Made by a program: the position numbers and the translations under genes. Below are positions 1 to 7,678 of a DNA stretch of 25,809 nucleotides, one piece after another. This stretch comes from a virus. Lineage: Duplodnaviria; Caudoviricetes. Within the stretch, counting starts at the first letter, position 1. Each line of letters opens with the position of its first letter. The stretch spans positions 1 through 25,809 of IMG/VR virus record IMGVR_UViG_3300023173_001030. One strand, given 5' to 3'. Below the pieces are notes generated by a model that saw only the letters and a list, made by a program, of their open reading frames with translations, did not search any database and was not told the DNA's origin.

Positions 1-659
1 AAACTACAACCACTACTGTTAGTACAATATCCTGTAACACTGTAACTGTCAGCACTAGTTGTAACATTCTGTGTAAGTGTAAAGTTGTATGCTCCGCCCG
101 AGTTTGTTAAATCTATTGTAGCATTAGCCGCATTGCTTCCTCTTTGATCAACATCAACAGTATGCCCATCGCCTGTAAGAACTATGTCTGCCCATTTTTG
201 TCCGCCATTGCCTCTTTGATATAAATCTACAGTGTTGTCGTCGCCTTGTATTTCTACAAATCCATCGTGTCCTGCTTTGCCCATTTGCGTATGCTCAACT
301 ACATTGTTGTCCCCATTTACAATGTTTGCGATGTGATGTGGTGCTCCGCCTCCGCCGCCTCTGTTAGTGTCTGTTTGATAACTAGCCACCGTGTTGCTGC
401 CTCCAGTCACAGTCCAGTATGCTTCGTGGCCGCCAGTTTCATCTAAATCAATAGTGCCGTCGGCGTGCATACCTTGACGTATTGTTATGTCGTTGGAACT
501 ACCTGTGCTGTTCAAACTCACATAGTTGTCTTCACTACGCTGTTGCACTTCCAGATTGAGACTATCACCCGATTGGGTAATGTATATTTCATTTGCATTA
601 CTTTTGTTCGATACTGATGCTGCTACCAGCACCAACGCCAACACGATAACCGTACGCAC
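1..659 (-). CDS. Curlin-repeat (CsgA/CsgB-like) secreted protein; 3' end runs off the window; absent from the ORF track
   Basis: GTG at 659 has AGGAGG 7 nt upstream and the frame is open to position 1. Translation: MRTVIVLALVLVAASVSNKSNA (signal peptide), then NEIYITQSGDSLNLEVQQ...NGDNNVVEHTQMG...QGDDNTVDLYQRG...TGDGHTVDVDQRG...CTNSSGCS. It has curlin-like G-x-x-N-x-V-x-x-x-Q-x-G repeats and an NEIYIxQxGD start shared with the 244-aa neighbour. Confidence 0.8.
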   Translation of the reverse strand, partial: MRTVIVLALVLVAASVSNKSNANEIYITQSGDSLNLEVQQRSEDNYVSLNSTGSSNDITIRQGMHADGTIDLDETGGHEAYWTVTGGSNTVASYQTDTNRGGGGGAPHHIANIVNGDNNVVEHTQMGKAGHDGFVEIQGDDNTVDLYQRGNGGQKWADIVLTGDGHTVDVDQRGSNAANATIDLTNSGGAYNFTLTQNVTTSADSYSVTGYCTNSSGCS

Positions 660-1692
660 TGAATCCCTCCTGTACCATATCAATTGTATACCCTTGATCT
701 ACATGTAAGTATAGTTGAAAGAAATGATCATCTCCTTGTTTTCTACTCACAATATAATTTGGATCTTCGTCGTAGAAGATGTTTGTTTCTCTATCTAATC
801 CTCTGTCTTTAACAGCAAATAATTCAATGTTTTGTGTACCCAACTCATCTAACCATTGTGCAAGTATTTGCTGCATTTGTCTTTCCATTTCATCTGTAAA
901 GACTTCGTCTAAATACGTAAGGTTATCCAAGTCGGTAACCCAAATATTTTTAATACCTTCTACCAGTGGATCTCTATCCAACTCGTCAAACTTTAAAAAG
1001 TCTATGTCTAGTAGATTTGTAACTGGATACTGCTTTTCAATTTCTTCATCATACACTGGCTGTTTACGAACAATTAGCATAGCTCTAAGCATATCACTTG
1101 GCAATTGTAGTATAACAGGTTTTGCAGGTGCTGCCCACGGCGATTTAACAACAGTGGTTTCAAATGCTTGATTCATAACTACCATACCCACGTCACTTTC
1201 AACTGCAATTTCACCTACTTCACACAATCCACTTGTATCACAACTTGGCAATAGTGTGATCATCGATCCACCTATTTCATCAACAATCATCATAAAGTCT
1301 GTACCACGTACTGTAATTTTAGCACTAGGTGTACGTATGTTTACTCGTTGCCTGCTATTCTTTGCTATTTGACCTGATGCATAGCGAACAGCACCTAATG
1401 TTGCTCGCATACTCAATGCACCTTTTTTACTGTCAGGGTCATACACAAATTCATCAATGACCATGCGTGAATGTTCTGTAACATCAACACGAGTGTCATC
1501 TACAAATTCTAATTGCCAAGCACCATTATCTGTTGTAATAGTATCCATCATTTCGAGGCCAGTGCCAACTGCTCCGTCGAATTTATCTTCTTCACGTTTA
1601 ATTTGTCCTGGGCCAGTAGCGGCTGTTATTTCGCCTATACTAGCCCAAGTTGTGTTTGCTATTAGTAATAGAACAACTAGATATTTCCACAT
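598..1692 (-). CDS. Secreted FecR-domain protein in the curli-like operon
   Basis: Signal peptide plus FecR-like motifs (DTITTDNG..QLEFVDDTRVDVTEHSRMVIDEF, IRTPSAKITVRGTDF). Start overlaps the upstream stop (TAATG). Confidence 0.75.
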   Translation of the reverse strand: MWKYLVVLLLIANTTWASIGEITAATGPGQIKREEDKFDGAVGTGLEMMDTITTDNGAWQLEFVDDTRVDVTEHSRMVIDEFVYDPDSKKGALSMRATLGAVRYASGQIAKNSRQRVNIRTPSAKITVRGTDFMMIVDEIGGSMITLLPSCDTSGLCEVGEIAVESDVGMVVMNQAFETTVVKSPWAAPAKPVILQLPSDMLRAMLIVRKQPVYDEEIEKQYPVTNLLDIDFLKFDELDRDPLVEGIKNIWVTDLDNLTYLDEVFTDEMERQMQQILAQWLDELGTQNIELFAVKDRGLDRETNIFYDEDPNYIVSRKQGDDHFFQLYLHVDQGYTIDMVQEGFSAYGYRVGVGAGSSISIEQK

Positions 1693-2426
1693 TAGTCTGA
1701 CTGCGTAATATCAACTGACTGATCATCACCTGTAAAAGTAGCATCCAAATGATTATCGTAAATACCACTTTGTGTGATGTTATAATAACTTCCACCGCCT
1801 GTAATTGTCAGATCAATTGTATGTCCTACAACATCGCCGTTACCATCTACATCAATGTCTACAACATTACCAGTTGTGCTTGTTGCTGCAGTTAGTGTTC
1901 CATTTGTGCCTGGTGCTGTGCCTGTTCCTGCACTGTTGTCAATCACAACATCAATTAGTGCACTTGTACCATCGACTGTCATTTCTACAACATTGCCATC
2001 ACCGTCAATTGTGAAACTAATATCTGCATTATCTGCATCACTTGTTTCTCCAATATCAAAGTCAAATGTAGTGTTATCTCCGTCGATGTCTATGTCAAGA
2101 GTTGCAGTTTCACAGTTACCTGTAGTTGTGCTACTACACAATAAATCAATATCGTTATAGTCTCCTGATATACTCCATGTACCGGTATAAGTAGCACCTT
2201 TAATAACGGCTGCTATTGTATTATTATTTCCTGTTTGTGTAATACTAAATGTCATATCGTCTCCATTTAATGTTACACCTGTTGTGCTATTACCAATTTG
2301 GTTGTCTTGTCCGTCTTGGGTTATGTCTAAATCTAATCCATCGCCTACTTGTTCTATGTATATTTCATTAGCCATTGCACCCGTAACGAACAACATACTT
2401 GCCATAAGTAAAATTATTTTATGCAT
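1692..2426 (-). CDS. Curlin-repeat (CsgA-like) secreted beta-solenoid/amyloid-type protein
   Basis: Signal peptide ending AMA. D/T/G/N/I-rich repeats (ITQDGQDNQI, ITQTGNNNTI, IDGDGNVVEM, ITQSGIYDN). Lies directly downstream of csgG. Confidence 0.75.
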   Translation of the reverse strand: MHKIILLMASMLFVTGAMANEIYIEQVGDGLDLDITQDGQDNQIGNSTTGVTLNGDDMTFSITQTGNNNTIAAVIKGATYTGTWSISGDYNDIDLLCSSTTTGNCETATLDIDIDGDNTTFDFDIGETSDADNADISFTIDGDGNVVEMTVDGTSALIDVVIDNSAGTGTAPGTNGTLTAATSTTGNVVDIDVDGNGDVVGHTIDLTITGGGSYYNITQSGIYDNHLDATFTGDDQSVDITQSD

Positions 2427-2457
2427 TATTCGTGTCCTTTGTTTACGGGGTTAGTGC

Positions 2458-3237
2458 TTACTTAAAATTCCACAAACCCTTGCGAACGCCTTCATAAACT
2501 AGTTCTATAACAGTTGCTTCTATTGCCGATCTTACTGCTAGGTTAGTCGGTTCATTTATACTGTAACCAGTTTCTACTTCAACACTTCGTGTGCCTAATT
2601 CAATAAATTTAAATGCGTCTACGCCAGTTCTATAACTGGCTATGCTTTTTTGTGCAGCAACACTTGCTAGTACTCTGCCTGTGCTAACACTTACTATACG
2701 CATTCCTACTGTAACTGTGTCTATTCTATATTCTTGTGTTGCACCTATACCAAAATAACGTGCCCCTTTGCCGCCGGTGACTGTATTACTATCATATCCT
2801 ACAATGCCGCCTTCTAAAATAATTCCTGCGAACTTCATTGGTTTTAACGGTGTTACTTCTTTTTCATAGTTTTCTCGTGTACTACGAATAAGTTGACGTT
2901 CTTTTACAACATTATCCATTCCAACACGTTCCACAACCTCAAACCATTTGCCTGCACCTGCTTCAAGTAGTGCGTCAATAACCCATACTTCTGCGCCTTG
3001 TGTAACTGCACTGCTTAAACTTGCTGCACCGTCGCTTGGTGCACGTTGTCCTGTCTTGTCCAGAAAACTGTATACTCCTACAGTCATTGGAGGACCGTCG
3101 AGTTGTGGCAAATCTCGTAATTCGTATGTCATTGGATTTTCTTGTACTGTGGCAGGATTATCAAATTTATCAGGTAAACTTTTTAAACTAGAACTACATG
3201 CACTCAATAAAAAAACTAAAGGTAAAATTTTCCACAT
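2458..3237 (-). CDS. csgG: Curli production assembly/transport outer-membrane lipoprotein CsgG
   Basis: Lipobox LLSAC; CsgG motifs VYSFLDKTGQR, SSAVTQGA, WFEVVER, KERQLIRS, IILEGGIVGYDSN, ETGYSINEP. Confidence 0.93.
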   Translation of the reverse strand: MWKILPLVFLLSACSSSLKSLPDKFDNPATVQENPMTYELRDLPQLDGPPMTVGVYSFLDKTGQRAPSDGAASLSSAVTQGAEVWVIDALLEAGAGKWFEVVERVGMDNVVKERQLIRSTRENYEKEVTPLKPMKFAGIILEGGIVGYDSNTVTGGKGARYFGIGATQEYRIDTVTVGMRIVSVSTGRVLASVAAQKSIASYRTGVDAFKFIELGTRSVEVETGYSINEPTNLAVRSAIEATVIELVYEGVRKGLWNFK

Positions 3238-3701
3238 CAGAACGTAAACTCCCCAGGACCTGGTATAGTTATCTCTGTATAACCATCGTCGCCATCTATT
3301 GTAAGTGTAATACTACCTGTTTCAGTATCTTTGACCCAAGCAATTGTAGCACCTTCTACAGTTGTTGTACCGCTGTTAGCACAAGTAACACCAGTTTCAT
3401 CTCCGCAAGCCGCAAACATATTGTCCACCATCTGCTTTGATAGCGTGGCGTAAATTCTGCTTTCTAAGTTTTTAATGAATTTGTTAAGTGTTGAATTTTC
3501 TAGTTCACGTGCAATACGATCGGCTTCAGCTTCTTTTTCTTTGCGTATATCTTCACTTCGATTAAATTCTAATTGCTCAAGACTTAATACGTGTGCACTG
3601 TACCCAATGCCACTGAAACTTGGATTTTTAAATTGATATGTCAAATCTGCACTAGCTGAAGTTGCCAGAAATGTAGATAAAACTACTACTAACCTTTTCA
3701 T
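3237..3701 (-). CDS. csgF: Curli assembly protein CsgF
   Basis: Signal peptide, then DLTYQFKNPSFSG (CsgF N-terminal F-x-NP-x-F-x-G motif); C-terminal TEITIP; coupled to csgG. Confidence 0.85.
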   Translation of the reverse strand: MKRLVVVLSTFLATSASADLTYQFKNPSFSGIGYSAHVLSLEQLEFNRSEDIRKEKEAEADRIARELENSTLNKFIKNLESRIYATLSKQMVDNMFAACGDETGVTCANSGTTTVEGATIAWVKDTETGSITLTIDGDDGYTEITIPGPGEFTF

Positions 3702-3721
3702 TTGTCACTCTCTCTCAAGTG

Positions 3722-3729
3722 TATTTATA
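3722..3729 (-). promoter_or_regulatory. T4-type late promoter TATAAATA upstream of the curli-like operon
   Basis: Exact TATAAATA on the minus strand 20 nt upstream of the csgF ATG, just downstream of a terminator. Confidence 0.7.
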
Positions 3730-3741
3730 GAGAGTAACCGT

Positions 3742-3774
3742 AAAAAAAGTACCAAGCATGATATCTTGATACTT
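3742..3774 (-). terminator. Rho-independent terminator upstream of the curli-like operon
   Basis: Minus-strand hairpin AAGTATCAAG-ATATCATG-CTTGGTACTT followed by a T run, immediately after the stop at 3777. Confidence 0.6.
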
Positions 3775-3776
3775 AA

Positions 3777-3998
3777 TTATCTTGTAATAAATGCGCCTTC
3801 TTTACTGTGTATTGACGCTATAAGTTCTTCCCATTGCTGAGGACTCATTGATATTGTATGCCATCGTCCTGTGTCTTCATCTTCTTGCCGAATGTAAACA
3901 ATATCATCAAAACTGTTTATAACTACGTCTTCATATGTACCAGTATCGTCTAATATTGTAATACAAACTTCATCGTGATCAAATTCTACTGTATACAT
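3777..3998 (-). CDS. Hypothetical phage protein (acidic, 73 aa)
   Basis: TAATG coupling to the upstream gene; followed by a terminator. Confidence 0.7.
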   Translation of the reverse strand: MYTVEFDHDEVCITILDDTGTYEDVVINSFDDIVYIRQEDEDTGRWHTISMSPQQWEELIASIHSKEGAFITR

Positions 3999-4180
3999 TA
4001 TTCTAAATCTAATCTGTCGCCACGTACAATGTTACCGTCGGGATTTATTTTTAATAATCGTAAACTAATTAATGCATCGAGTGCTGTTGCTGCTCCATGA
4101 TGTCTTCCTTTATAATATCCCATTACAAATAATACCATTCCGATGATAACTGCAATTATACCTTGTGTTGTGCCGTCCAT
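3998..4180 (-). CDS. Small single-pass membrane protein
   Basis: Hydrophobic N-terminal segment (IIAVIIGMVLFVMGYY); AAGGA SD and sigma70-type promoter upstream. Confidence 0.7.
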   Translation of the reverse strand: MDGTTQGIIAVIIGMVLFVMGYYKGRHHGAATALDALISLRLLKINPDGNIVRGDRLDLE

Positions 4181-4211
4181 GATTTATATAATCCTTTTCT
4201 GTTACATTTAT

Positions 4212-4240
4212 AATATAGTGTAAGATGTCTTGAATGTCAA
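4212..4240 (-). promoter_or_regulatory. Sigma70-type (early) promoter
   Basis: TTGACA-N17-TATATT; the spacer contains CAAGACATCTTA. Confidence 0.7.
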
Positions 4241-4243
4241 GAG

Positions 4244-4600
4244 TTATTTTAACATTAATTCAACACCAAATACTATTCCTTTGTCCGTACCCTCGTCTGA
4301 GTAGTTTTCTATTGCAGGGCTAGCAAACATTCTAACATTATCTCCAATGTCATATGTTCCTCTAATAAACGGAGCTATTGGTCCAAATGCCGGATAACCT
4401 GTCACTAAAGCAAATTCTGCTCCAAAAGATCCAAACTCCATTCGTTGTCCTGCATATAAACTTAATCTTTCTACACTGTTATAGTAAGCGCCAGCAATAG
4501 CACCATCTTCTACAAATCGCACGTGTGGATGTATACTGTTGTAATCACCTGCTAAGCCGCCGTGTACACTTAATCCTAATGCAAAAATTATACCTTCCAT
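4244..4600 (-). CDS. Small beta-barrel-like protein, possibly PagP-like
   Basis: Alternating amphipathic strands; H..YNSIHP...AGAYYNS..RLSLYAG pattern; C-terminal strand IVFGVELMLK. The family call is tentative. Confidence 0.5.
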   Translation of the reverse strand: MEGIIFALGLSVHGGLAGDYNSIHPHVRFVEDGAIAGAYYNSVERLSLYAGQRMEFGSFGAEFALVTGYPAFGPIAPFIRGTYDIGDNVRMFASPAIENYSDEGTDKGIVFGVELMLK

Positions 4601-4719
4601 TACTCATTCCTCTGTTCATAATGAGAGTCTATATGTGTAGTTACTTTATCAGCTGCCCACCAACCAAATGCTGTAAAAAATCCTGCAATGAAGAATGCTA
4701 TTATAGTTGCGCCGTCCAT
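4600..4719 (-). CDS. 39-aa membrane peptide MDGATIIAFFIAGFFTAFGWWAADKVTTHIDSHYEQRNE (not in track)
   Basis: Fills the gap between neighbours exactly; its stop overlaps the next start (TAATG); GGGTGA upstream. Confidence 0.65.
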   Translation of the reverse strand: MDGATIIAFFIAGFFTAFGWWAADKVTTHIDSHYEQRNE

Positions 4720-4720
4720 A

Positions 4721-5059
4721 TCATTCACCCTCAATTGTATTTAATTGATCTTTTACATAATTTATTTCTCTTTCAATTGATTCTAGTTTTTTATTTCTTA
4801 TTAAAAACAAACGCTCATACAGTCTAAGATTTTTATATCTATAATCAGTTAATACTTTAAGTGTACATATTGCCCACCACCACCAGACAACACCTATAAA
4901 AAACATAAATGTTCCACCGAGTACTATAGAAATGTTTAATAACTCATCAAATCTTAAAAAGTAGAATAAAAATACAAAACACAATGCTGTACTAGGCAAT
5001 ATGCTTGCTAACATCATCCACATTGTGATTTGACGCTTAACACGTTCTGTTTGCTTCAT
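4721..5059 (-). CDS. Two-TM membrane protein with C-terminal coiled coil
   Basis: Two hydrophobic helices. Start moved to ATG 5059 (TAAATA-N5-ATG) because the track start at 5089 lies inside a terminator. Confidence 0.7.
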   Translation of the reverse strand: MKQTERVKRQITMWMMLASILPSTALCFVFLFYFLRFDELLNISIVLGGTFMFFIGVVWWWWAICTLKVLTDYRYKNLRLYERLFLIRNKKLESIEREINYVKDQLNTIEGE

Positions 5060-5075
5060 ACTAATATTTAACCAT

Positions 5076-5102
5076 AAAAAAAGGACCATTAAAGGTCCTT
5101 TT
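5076..5102 (-). terminator. Rho-independent terminator after the porin gene
   Basis: AAAAGGACC-TTTAAT-GGTCCTTTTTTT. Confidence 0.75.
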
Positions 5103-5124
5103 AATTATTATATTCTAAATTAAA

Positions 5125-5916
5125 TTAGAATGAGAAACTAACGCCAACTGTTGGAGCAAAGTCTTCTGTGTCTACATTGTAGTTAGCACCTGCTGTTAAA
5201 GCTGCACCACCAATGTTGTATGTGTACTCGCCACCTACGTTTTGGAATGCGTCATCTTGGTCACCGTTTGCATATGCTGTGATACCCATTACGTTTGCAA
5301 CACCTTCAAATGCAAAGTTTTCTGCATCTGTGTCATATGTTACTGTACCTGATAGTGCTGCTTCGCCTACGTTTAGACCTGCAACTGTACCACCTAAAAC
5401 AACGTTGTCTGTGTCCATGTTAAGATCACCTGCTGCTGTTACGTCAAGACCTGCTACATCTAGAGTGTATGCCCCTTGAATGTTGCTGATGTCTGTAATG
5501 TCTGCTGTCCAGTCTGTGAAGCCTACTGCAACTTGTGCATCGCCTACAGTTACTTTAACTGACTCAGTCATTGCTGGTGCTGCTAGTGTTTGCTCACCTT
5601 CTGCGCCAACAAATACGCCATTGTCGTCGCCCATTGCAACGCCAACGCCGCCAACTTCTGTGCCAACTGTCCAGTTGTCTAGTGTTACTGCGTTTCCGTC
5701 AGTTGCACTAAAGTCTAGATCTACTGTTGCTAGACCTGCTGCGTCTACACCTAAGTCTAGACCCATTGTTCCGCCCCACTTGTCATTTGCTGTTTCTGCA
5801 AAGTCTAGTGATACTTCACCTGATAGTACTGGTCCTGTGTAAACATTTTCAGTTTCAGCAAATGCCGCACCGGCCATGCTAAATACTGCTACAACAGAAA
5901 AGATTGTGTTTTTCAT
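5125..5916 (-). CDS. Outer-membrane porin-like beta-barrel protein
   Basis: Signal peptide ending AFA; acidic G/A/D/V/T-rich amphipathic strands; C-terminal BAM-type signal VGVSFSF ending in Phe. Confidence 0.75.
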   Translation of the reverse strand: MKNTIFSVVAVFSMAGAAFAETENVYTGPVLSGEVSLDFAETANDKWGGTMGLDLGVDAAGLATVDLDFSATDGNAVTLDNWTVGTEVGGVGVAMGDDNGVFVGAEGEQTLAAPAMTESVKVTVGDAQVAVGFTDWTADITDISNIQGAYTLDVAGLDVTAAGDLNMDTDNVVLGGTVAGLNVGEAALSGTVTYDTDAENFAFEGVANVMGITAYANGDQDDAFQNVGGEYTYNIGGAALTAGANYNVDTEDFAPTVGVSFSF

Positions 5917-5942
5917 AATTTTTTCTCTTTCTTAAAACTATA

Positions 5943-5971
5943 GGCTGTACTAAGGTACAGCCCTTTTTTTT
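5943..5971. other. Perfect 8-bp hairpin in the porin 5' leader, with a T-run on the plus strand
   Basis: GGCTGTAC-TAAG-GTACAGCC followed by C and T8 on the plus strand. Confidence 0.6.
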
Positions 5972-6054
5972 ATTACGTATTACTTATACATTTTTAAAGT
6001 AAAAATCAATACCTAAAAATATTTTGGTAATACATTGTTGCACATTTGCAACAA

Positions 6055-6273
6055 CTAACCGCCTACATATACTCCATTTTTAGGACGATACCATGCTTTT
6101 TGATCATGTATTCTTCCTAATAAATCTAGTATTTCTTTTGCCTCAGTTTGTAACATCTCAGGATCTTCTCCTTCGAGTATACGTTGGCTTCTACGTCCAA
6201 CTTTATTACGTAATGCTGTTTCAATTATATTAATATCTTTTACACTAAGTTCAAACTTTAGATTCGGTTTCAT
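6055..6273 (-). CDS. Hypothetical phage protein
   Basis: AAGGA SD; overlaps the upstream gene. Confidence 0.7.
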   Translation of the reverse strand: MKPNLKFELSVKDINIIETALRNKVGRRSQRILEGEDPEMLQTEAKEILDLLGRIHDQKAWYRPKNGVYVGG

Positions 6274-6487
6274 TTAAAATTTCCTTGGTAATTTTATTTG
6301 CGGGCATACAAGCCACATCAAGTATTGTATCATTAAATCCTGCCACATCAATAACTTCTATTGCAAGTCTGCTGCTATTGGCGGGATCATTTATAAATGC
6401 TTTGCATTCGTTCTGTGTTTCAAATGGCAGCATCTTTAATGCAAAAGGCTCCGCTTCCAACATAACGAATACAATAAGCCACTTCAT
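6251..6487 (-). CDS. Hypothetical protein with hydrophobic N-terminus and two Cys
   Basis: MKWLIVFV...FETQNEC...C; ATGA coupling to the upstream small ORF. Confidence 0.65.
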   Translation of the reverse strand: MKWLIVFVMLEAEPFALKMLPFETQNECKAFINDPANSSRLAIEVIDVAGFNDTILDVACMPANKITKEILNETESKV

Positions 6488-6612
6488 AGTTTAATCCATT
6501 CTACTCTAGCATATTGTGCATCTAAGTCATCTCTAAAATCTATAGCATCAAGTACATTATCAAACTTACGTGATACAATTCTATCTTTAAAATATCCCAC
6601 AATTTCTATCAT
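6484..6612 (-). CDS. 42-aa hypothetical protein MIEIVGYFKDRIVSRKFDNVLDAIDFRDDLDAQYARVEWIKL (not in track)
   Basis: GGAG SD; ATGA overlap with the next gene; TTGATT-N18-TATATT promoter upstream (6635-6664). Confidence 0.65.
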   Translation of the reverse strand: MIEIVGYFKDRIVSRKFDNVLDAIDFRDDLDAQYARVEWIKL

Positions 6613-6709
6613 TTGTGTCTCCGTTGTGTATAATAATATATAGCACGCCAAAACACAAAATCAAGTGTTAAGACGTGCTATTTTATGCGTTAAATTGTAG
6701 CAGGATATA

Positions 6710-7003
6710 TTATTTTTTATTACCGTTTACAAAATCGTAAAACTTGTTTGCTGCTTCTAGTACAACATCAGCACCTGGTACTTCTGGCATTGCAACAGTA
6801 GTTACAATCTCATCATCTTCTTTTTTCATTGAAGTTTCAAATGCACCCCATTTTGCATGATAGTCTTGCCATGCTTGGTTTTGTGCCATTTCCAATACTT
6901 TAGTGCGGATCTCGTAGCCATTTTTGTTTGGCTTTACTTGCGGCATTGCTGATTTCATCATGTCGGCAAATTGCTCAAATTGTTTTGTTACTTGTTCATT
7001 CAT
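6710..7003 (-). CDS. Hypothetical protein of T4-like phage type
   Basis: NGYEIRTKVLEMAQ...P..DVVLEAANKFYDFV pattern; AAGGA SD. Confidence 0.75.
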   Translation of the reverse strand: MNEQVTKQFEQFADMMKSAMPQVKPNKNGYEIRTKVLEMAQNQAWQDYHAKWGAFETSMKKEDDEIVTTVAMPEVPGADVVLEAANKFYDFVNGNKK

Positions 7004-7053
7004 TTTATTTTCCTTTGTGTATGTGTGTATGTTCTATTGAACGTTAGTATTTA

Positions 7054-7270
7054 GTGCCACACTTCTGTTGCTAGGCAGTGGCCGCCCCCTTAATTATGCT
7101 GCTAGAGCGTAATCAGAAGGTGCAAAGTTATCGTTTGCATTTGTGTTTTGTAAACTTGCCTACCTGTCGAAACCTATTTCGCCCCCATCATAAACACACT
7201 CAGTAAATGTACTTATGGTGGAGGCGTCCGGTACCGCCCCGGAGTCCAAATACGCTTTGTAACGCCTACA
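7054..7270 (-). ncRNA. ssrA: Circularly permuted (two-piece) tmRNA, alphaproteobacterial type
   Basis: Acceptor piece ends TCCGG-GGCGGTA-CCGGA-CGCCTCC-A-CCA (7216). A 29-nt intervening hairpin follows (7187-7215). The coding piece starts GGGGGCGAAATAGGTTTCGAC (7186), giving an acceptor stem with G3:U70. Tag ORF 7138-7094 = ANDNFAPSDYALAA*. 3' pseudoknot GGCGG/CTGCC plus GCCAC/GTGGC. Confidence 0.93.
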
Positions 7271-7273
7271 GAT

Positions 7274-7281
7274 TATTTATA
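7274..7281 (-). promoter_or_regulatory. T4-type late promoter TATAAATA upstream of the tmRNA
   Basis: Exact TATAAATA immediately 5' of the tmRNA acceptor piece. Confidence 0.7.
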
Positions 7282-7491
7282 CTACCACTTGTCCATGTTT
7301 GTCAAGTGTTTTTGTGCACGTACTGCATTTAATAGTCGTAACACTTTTTGGCTGTTATCTCTTGGTGTCCATCCGTTTTTTGTTTTGAATTGTTGTTTAC
7401 GTTCGTTTAGTTGGGCAAATTCTTGCCCAAGTAATTTTTCCAAGTACGTTAAATCTTCGTTACTCAGACTTGCTATCGCTTTGCTTACCAT
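7282..7491 (-). CDS. Hypothetical protein
   Basis: ATG 7491 with GGGAAG upstream is preferred over the track's TTG start at 7515. Confidence 0.6.
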   Translation of the reverse strand: MVSKAIASLSNEDLTYLEKLLGQEFAQLNERKQQFKTKNGWTPRDNSQKVLRLLNAVRAQKHLTNMDKW

Positions 7492-7678
7492 AAGTTTCTT
7501 CCCAAAGTTTCTCAAAGTGCTCTCTACTGTATACCATCCGTTCGTGATTTCCCCAGAGTCGTTTCAGATAAGAGTCGTGTATACTCCATACAGTTTCTTC
7601 GTCATAATTGGGATTGATTAAATGGCCTTTGACTGCATAGTGCAGTTCGTTTGCAAATTTATATTCTGCTGATGTCAT
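7460..7678 (-). CDS. Hypothetical phage protein
   Basis: GAGG SD; SYLKRLWGNHE motif. Confidence 0.7.
   Translation of the reverse strand: MTSAEYKFANELHYAVKGHLINPNYDEETVWSIHDSYLKRLWGNHERMVYSREHFEKLWEETYGKQSDSKSE

Noticed and set aside
7216-7246. tRNA gene suggested by the T-arm and CCA end
   Set aside because: There is no anticodon arm; the matching 5' acceptor strand and tag ORF lie downstream, so this is a permuted tmRNA.
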